Shown here: one piece after another, positions 61,876 through 64,000 of the stretch
How the letters are laid out: the number at the start of each line of letters is the position of its first letter
Position numbering within the stretch: position 1 is the first letter of the stretch
Assembly (NCBI RefSeq): GCF_004010195.1
Contig: NC_057718.1
Location: 10,778,460 to 10,842,459 of the forward strand
DNA: 64,000 bases
Source of the DNA: Chiloscyllium plagiosum
Lineage: Eukaryota
Reading direction: 5' to 3'
The notes under the pieces: generated by a model
Told to the model about the DNA's origin: nothing
The model's database searches: none
Seen by the model: only the letters and a program-made list of their open reading frames with translations
Made by a program: the position numbers and the translations under genes

Positions 61876-63408
61876 GTCATAGAGATATACAGCATGGAAA
61901 CAGACCCTTTGGTCCAACTCATCCATGCCGACCAGATTTGCCAACCAGATGTCCCACATGCGAGCACCCAGCCATATCCCTTAATCCTTTCTAATCATAT
62001 ACTAATTCAGATGCCTTTTAAATGTTGCAATTGAACCAGCTCCTCTGGCTGCACATTCCATACACATACCACCCTCTGCGTGAAACAGTTGCCCCTTAGG
62101 TCTCTTTTATATCTTTCCCCTCTCACCCTAAAACTATGCCCTCTAGTTCTGGACTCCCTGACCCCAGGGAAAAGACTTTGTCTATTTATCCTATCCATGC
62201 CCCTCATGATTTTATAAACCTCTATAAGGTCACCCCTCATCCTCCGAAGCTCCAGGAAGAAGAAAGCCCTAGCCTATTCAACCTCTCCCTATATAGCTCA
62301 GATCCTCCAACCCTGGCAACATCCTTCTGAATCTTTTCTGAACCCTTTCAAATTTCACAACATCCTTCTGATAGGAAGGAGACCAGAATTGCATGCAATA
62401 TTCCAAAAGTGGCCTAACCAACATCCTGTATACTGCACCATGACTCCCAACTCCTATACTCAATGCTTTGACCAGTAAAGGAAAACCTACCAAATGCCAC
62501 CTTCGCTATCCTATCTACCTATGACTCTACTTGCAAGGAACTATGGACCTGCACTTCAAGGTCTCTTAGTTGAGTAACAGTCCCCAGGACCTTGTCATTA
62601 AGTGTATAAGTCCTGCTAAGATTTGCTTTCCCGAAATGCATTTATCTAAATTAAACTCCTCAGCCCATTGGCCCATCTGATCAAGATCCCATTTTAATCT
62701 GAGGTAACCTTCTTCACTGTCTACTACACTTCCAATTTTGGTGTCACCTGCAAACTTCCTAGCTTTACCTCCTATGTTCACATCCAAATTGTTTCTATAA
62801 ATGATGGAAAGTAGTGCACCCAGCACTGATCATTGTGGCACTCCACTGGTCACAGGTCTCCAGTCTGAAAAATAATCCTCCGCACCACCCTCTGTCTTCT
62901 ACCTTGGAGCCTGTTCTGTATCCACAAGGTTAGTTCTTCCTGTATTCCATGAGATCTAATCTTGCTAACCAGTCTTCCATTGGGAACCTTGTCGAACGCC
63001 TTACTGAAGTCTGTATAGATCATGTCTAACGCTCTGCCCTCATCAATCCTCTTTGCTACTTCAAAAAACTCCATGTTGGTGGGACATGATTTCCCACGCA
63101 CAAAGTTATGTTGACTATGCCTAATCAGTCCTTACCTTTCCAAATAGATGTAAATCCTGTCCCTCAGGATTCCCTCCAACCACTTGCCAATCACCGATGT
63201 CAGGCTCACCAGTCTATAGTTCCCTGGCTTGCCCTTACCACCTTTCTTAAATAGTGGTACCACATTAGCCAATCTTCAGTCTTCTGGTACCTCACCTGTG
63301 ACTATTGACAATACAAATATCTTAGTAAGACGTCCAGCGGTCACTTCCCTAGCTTCCCACGGAGTTCTAGGGTACACCACATCAGGTCCTGGGGATTTAA
63401 CCACTTTT
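61876..63408 (-). mobile_element. CR1/HER1-type LINE RT to 3' end
   Basis: DFSKAFDKVPNG, FAGDTKIG, LVRPLLEYCMQFWSP, RGDLIEVYKIMRG. Confidence 0.92.
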
Positions 63409-64000
63409 ATAGGGCCCTATTCTTTGCAGACAGTATTTGCAATTCACCTGTTTCAACCCAACAAAAGAATCAGCCAGTTACTAATTCATTTCTATGGACA
63501 ATGCCTTTACCTGTCCAATTTAAGACTGTAGTAATGCTTGGCAGTTAGCTCCGTGTCAGCATTAATGGTGTATTCGCTATGGCAATTGTGGGTGTAATTA
63601 TACAACTACTTTACAGTTATTGCTAGACAAAATCTAACCTATTATTTTAATTGATTTTATCACCTTTTGCATTTTTGTTTATACACACTGTATTTCTTAA
63701 TCTGACACTTTTCCCTTTTTTTTTCAGCCATTGCTTCCATGAACATGAGTTCTTTTGATTGTCTCATACTACAAACCTTTTGCATTTTTCTCTGTGCTCA
63801 AATTTAGTAACTTACATATTTTAAAAGTTGAGAATATGCTAAAGGATGGCATTCAAAGCCATTTTGGACTAGTTGTAGCCACTCCTATCCATTTGCATTT
63901 TATATTATGTTGAACTATTTAAATAAGGATGACTAGTTCTGGGCATAGGTTCTCTACTCGGAGCTTCATTGCATCAAGTGCATGCTAAAAATCTTCTCAT

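Noticed and set aside
1..64000. Prokaryotic-type systems (CRISPR arrays, operons, defence loci)
   Set aside because: Vertebrate intronic DNA; no regularly spaced repeat-spacer array or gene-dense region was seen.

Overview
Eukaryotic, repeat-dominated DNA from a shark/ray genome (inferred from HE1-type V-SINEs, CR1/HER1-type LINEs and Neptune-type Penelope-like elements, PLEs). The only host coding sequence I can support is one 94-bp + strand exon (28910-29003) matching coding exon 2 of kinesin-3 KIF13B, so the window is intron 1 / exon 2 / intron 2 of that gene; the ORF track misses this exon and otherwise reports transposon debris or chance ORFs. The most interesting signal is non-coding: many short, TSD-flanked, often fold-back insertions derived from PLE terminal repeats that carry minimal hammerhead ribozyme (HHR) motifs. 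These include two identical, apparently very young ~134-nt units (one forming a perfect 94-bp palindrome) and a second family whose core carries a compensatory U3:A8 change. Two HE1 SINEs 52 kb apart also share a CR1-derived 5' flank, suggesting a LINE::SINE chimeric source. All repeat family names come from motif recognition rather than database search, and most repeat boundaries are approximate.
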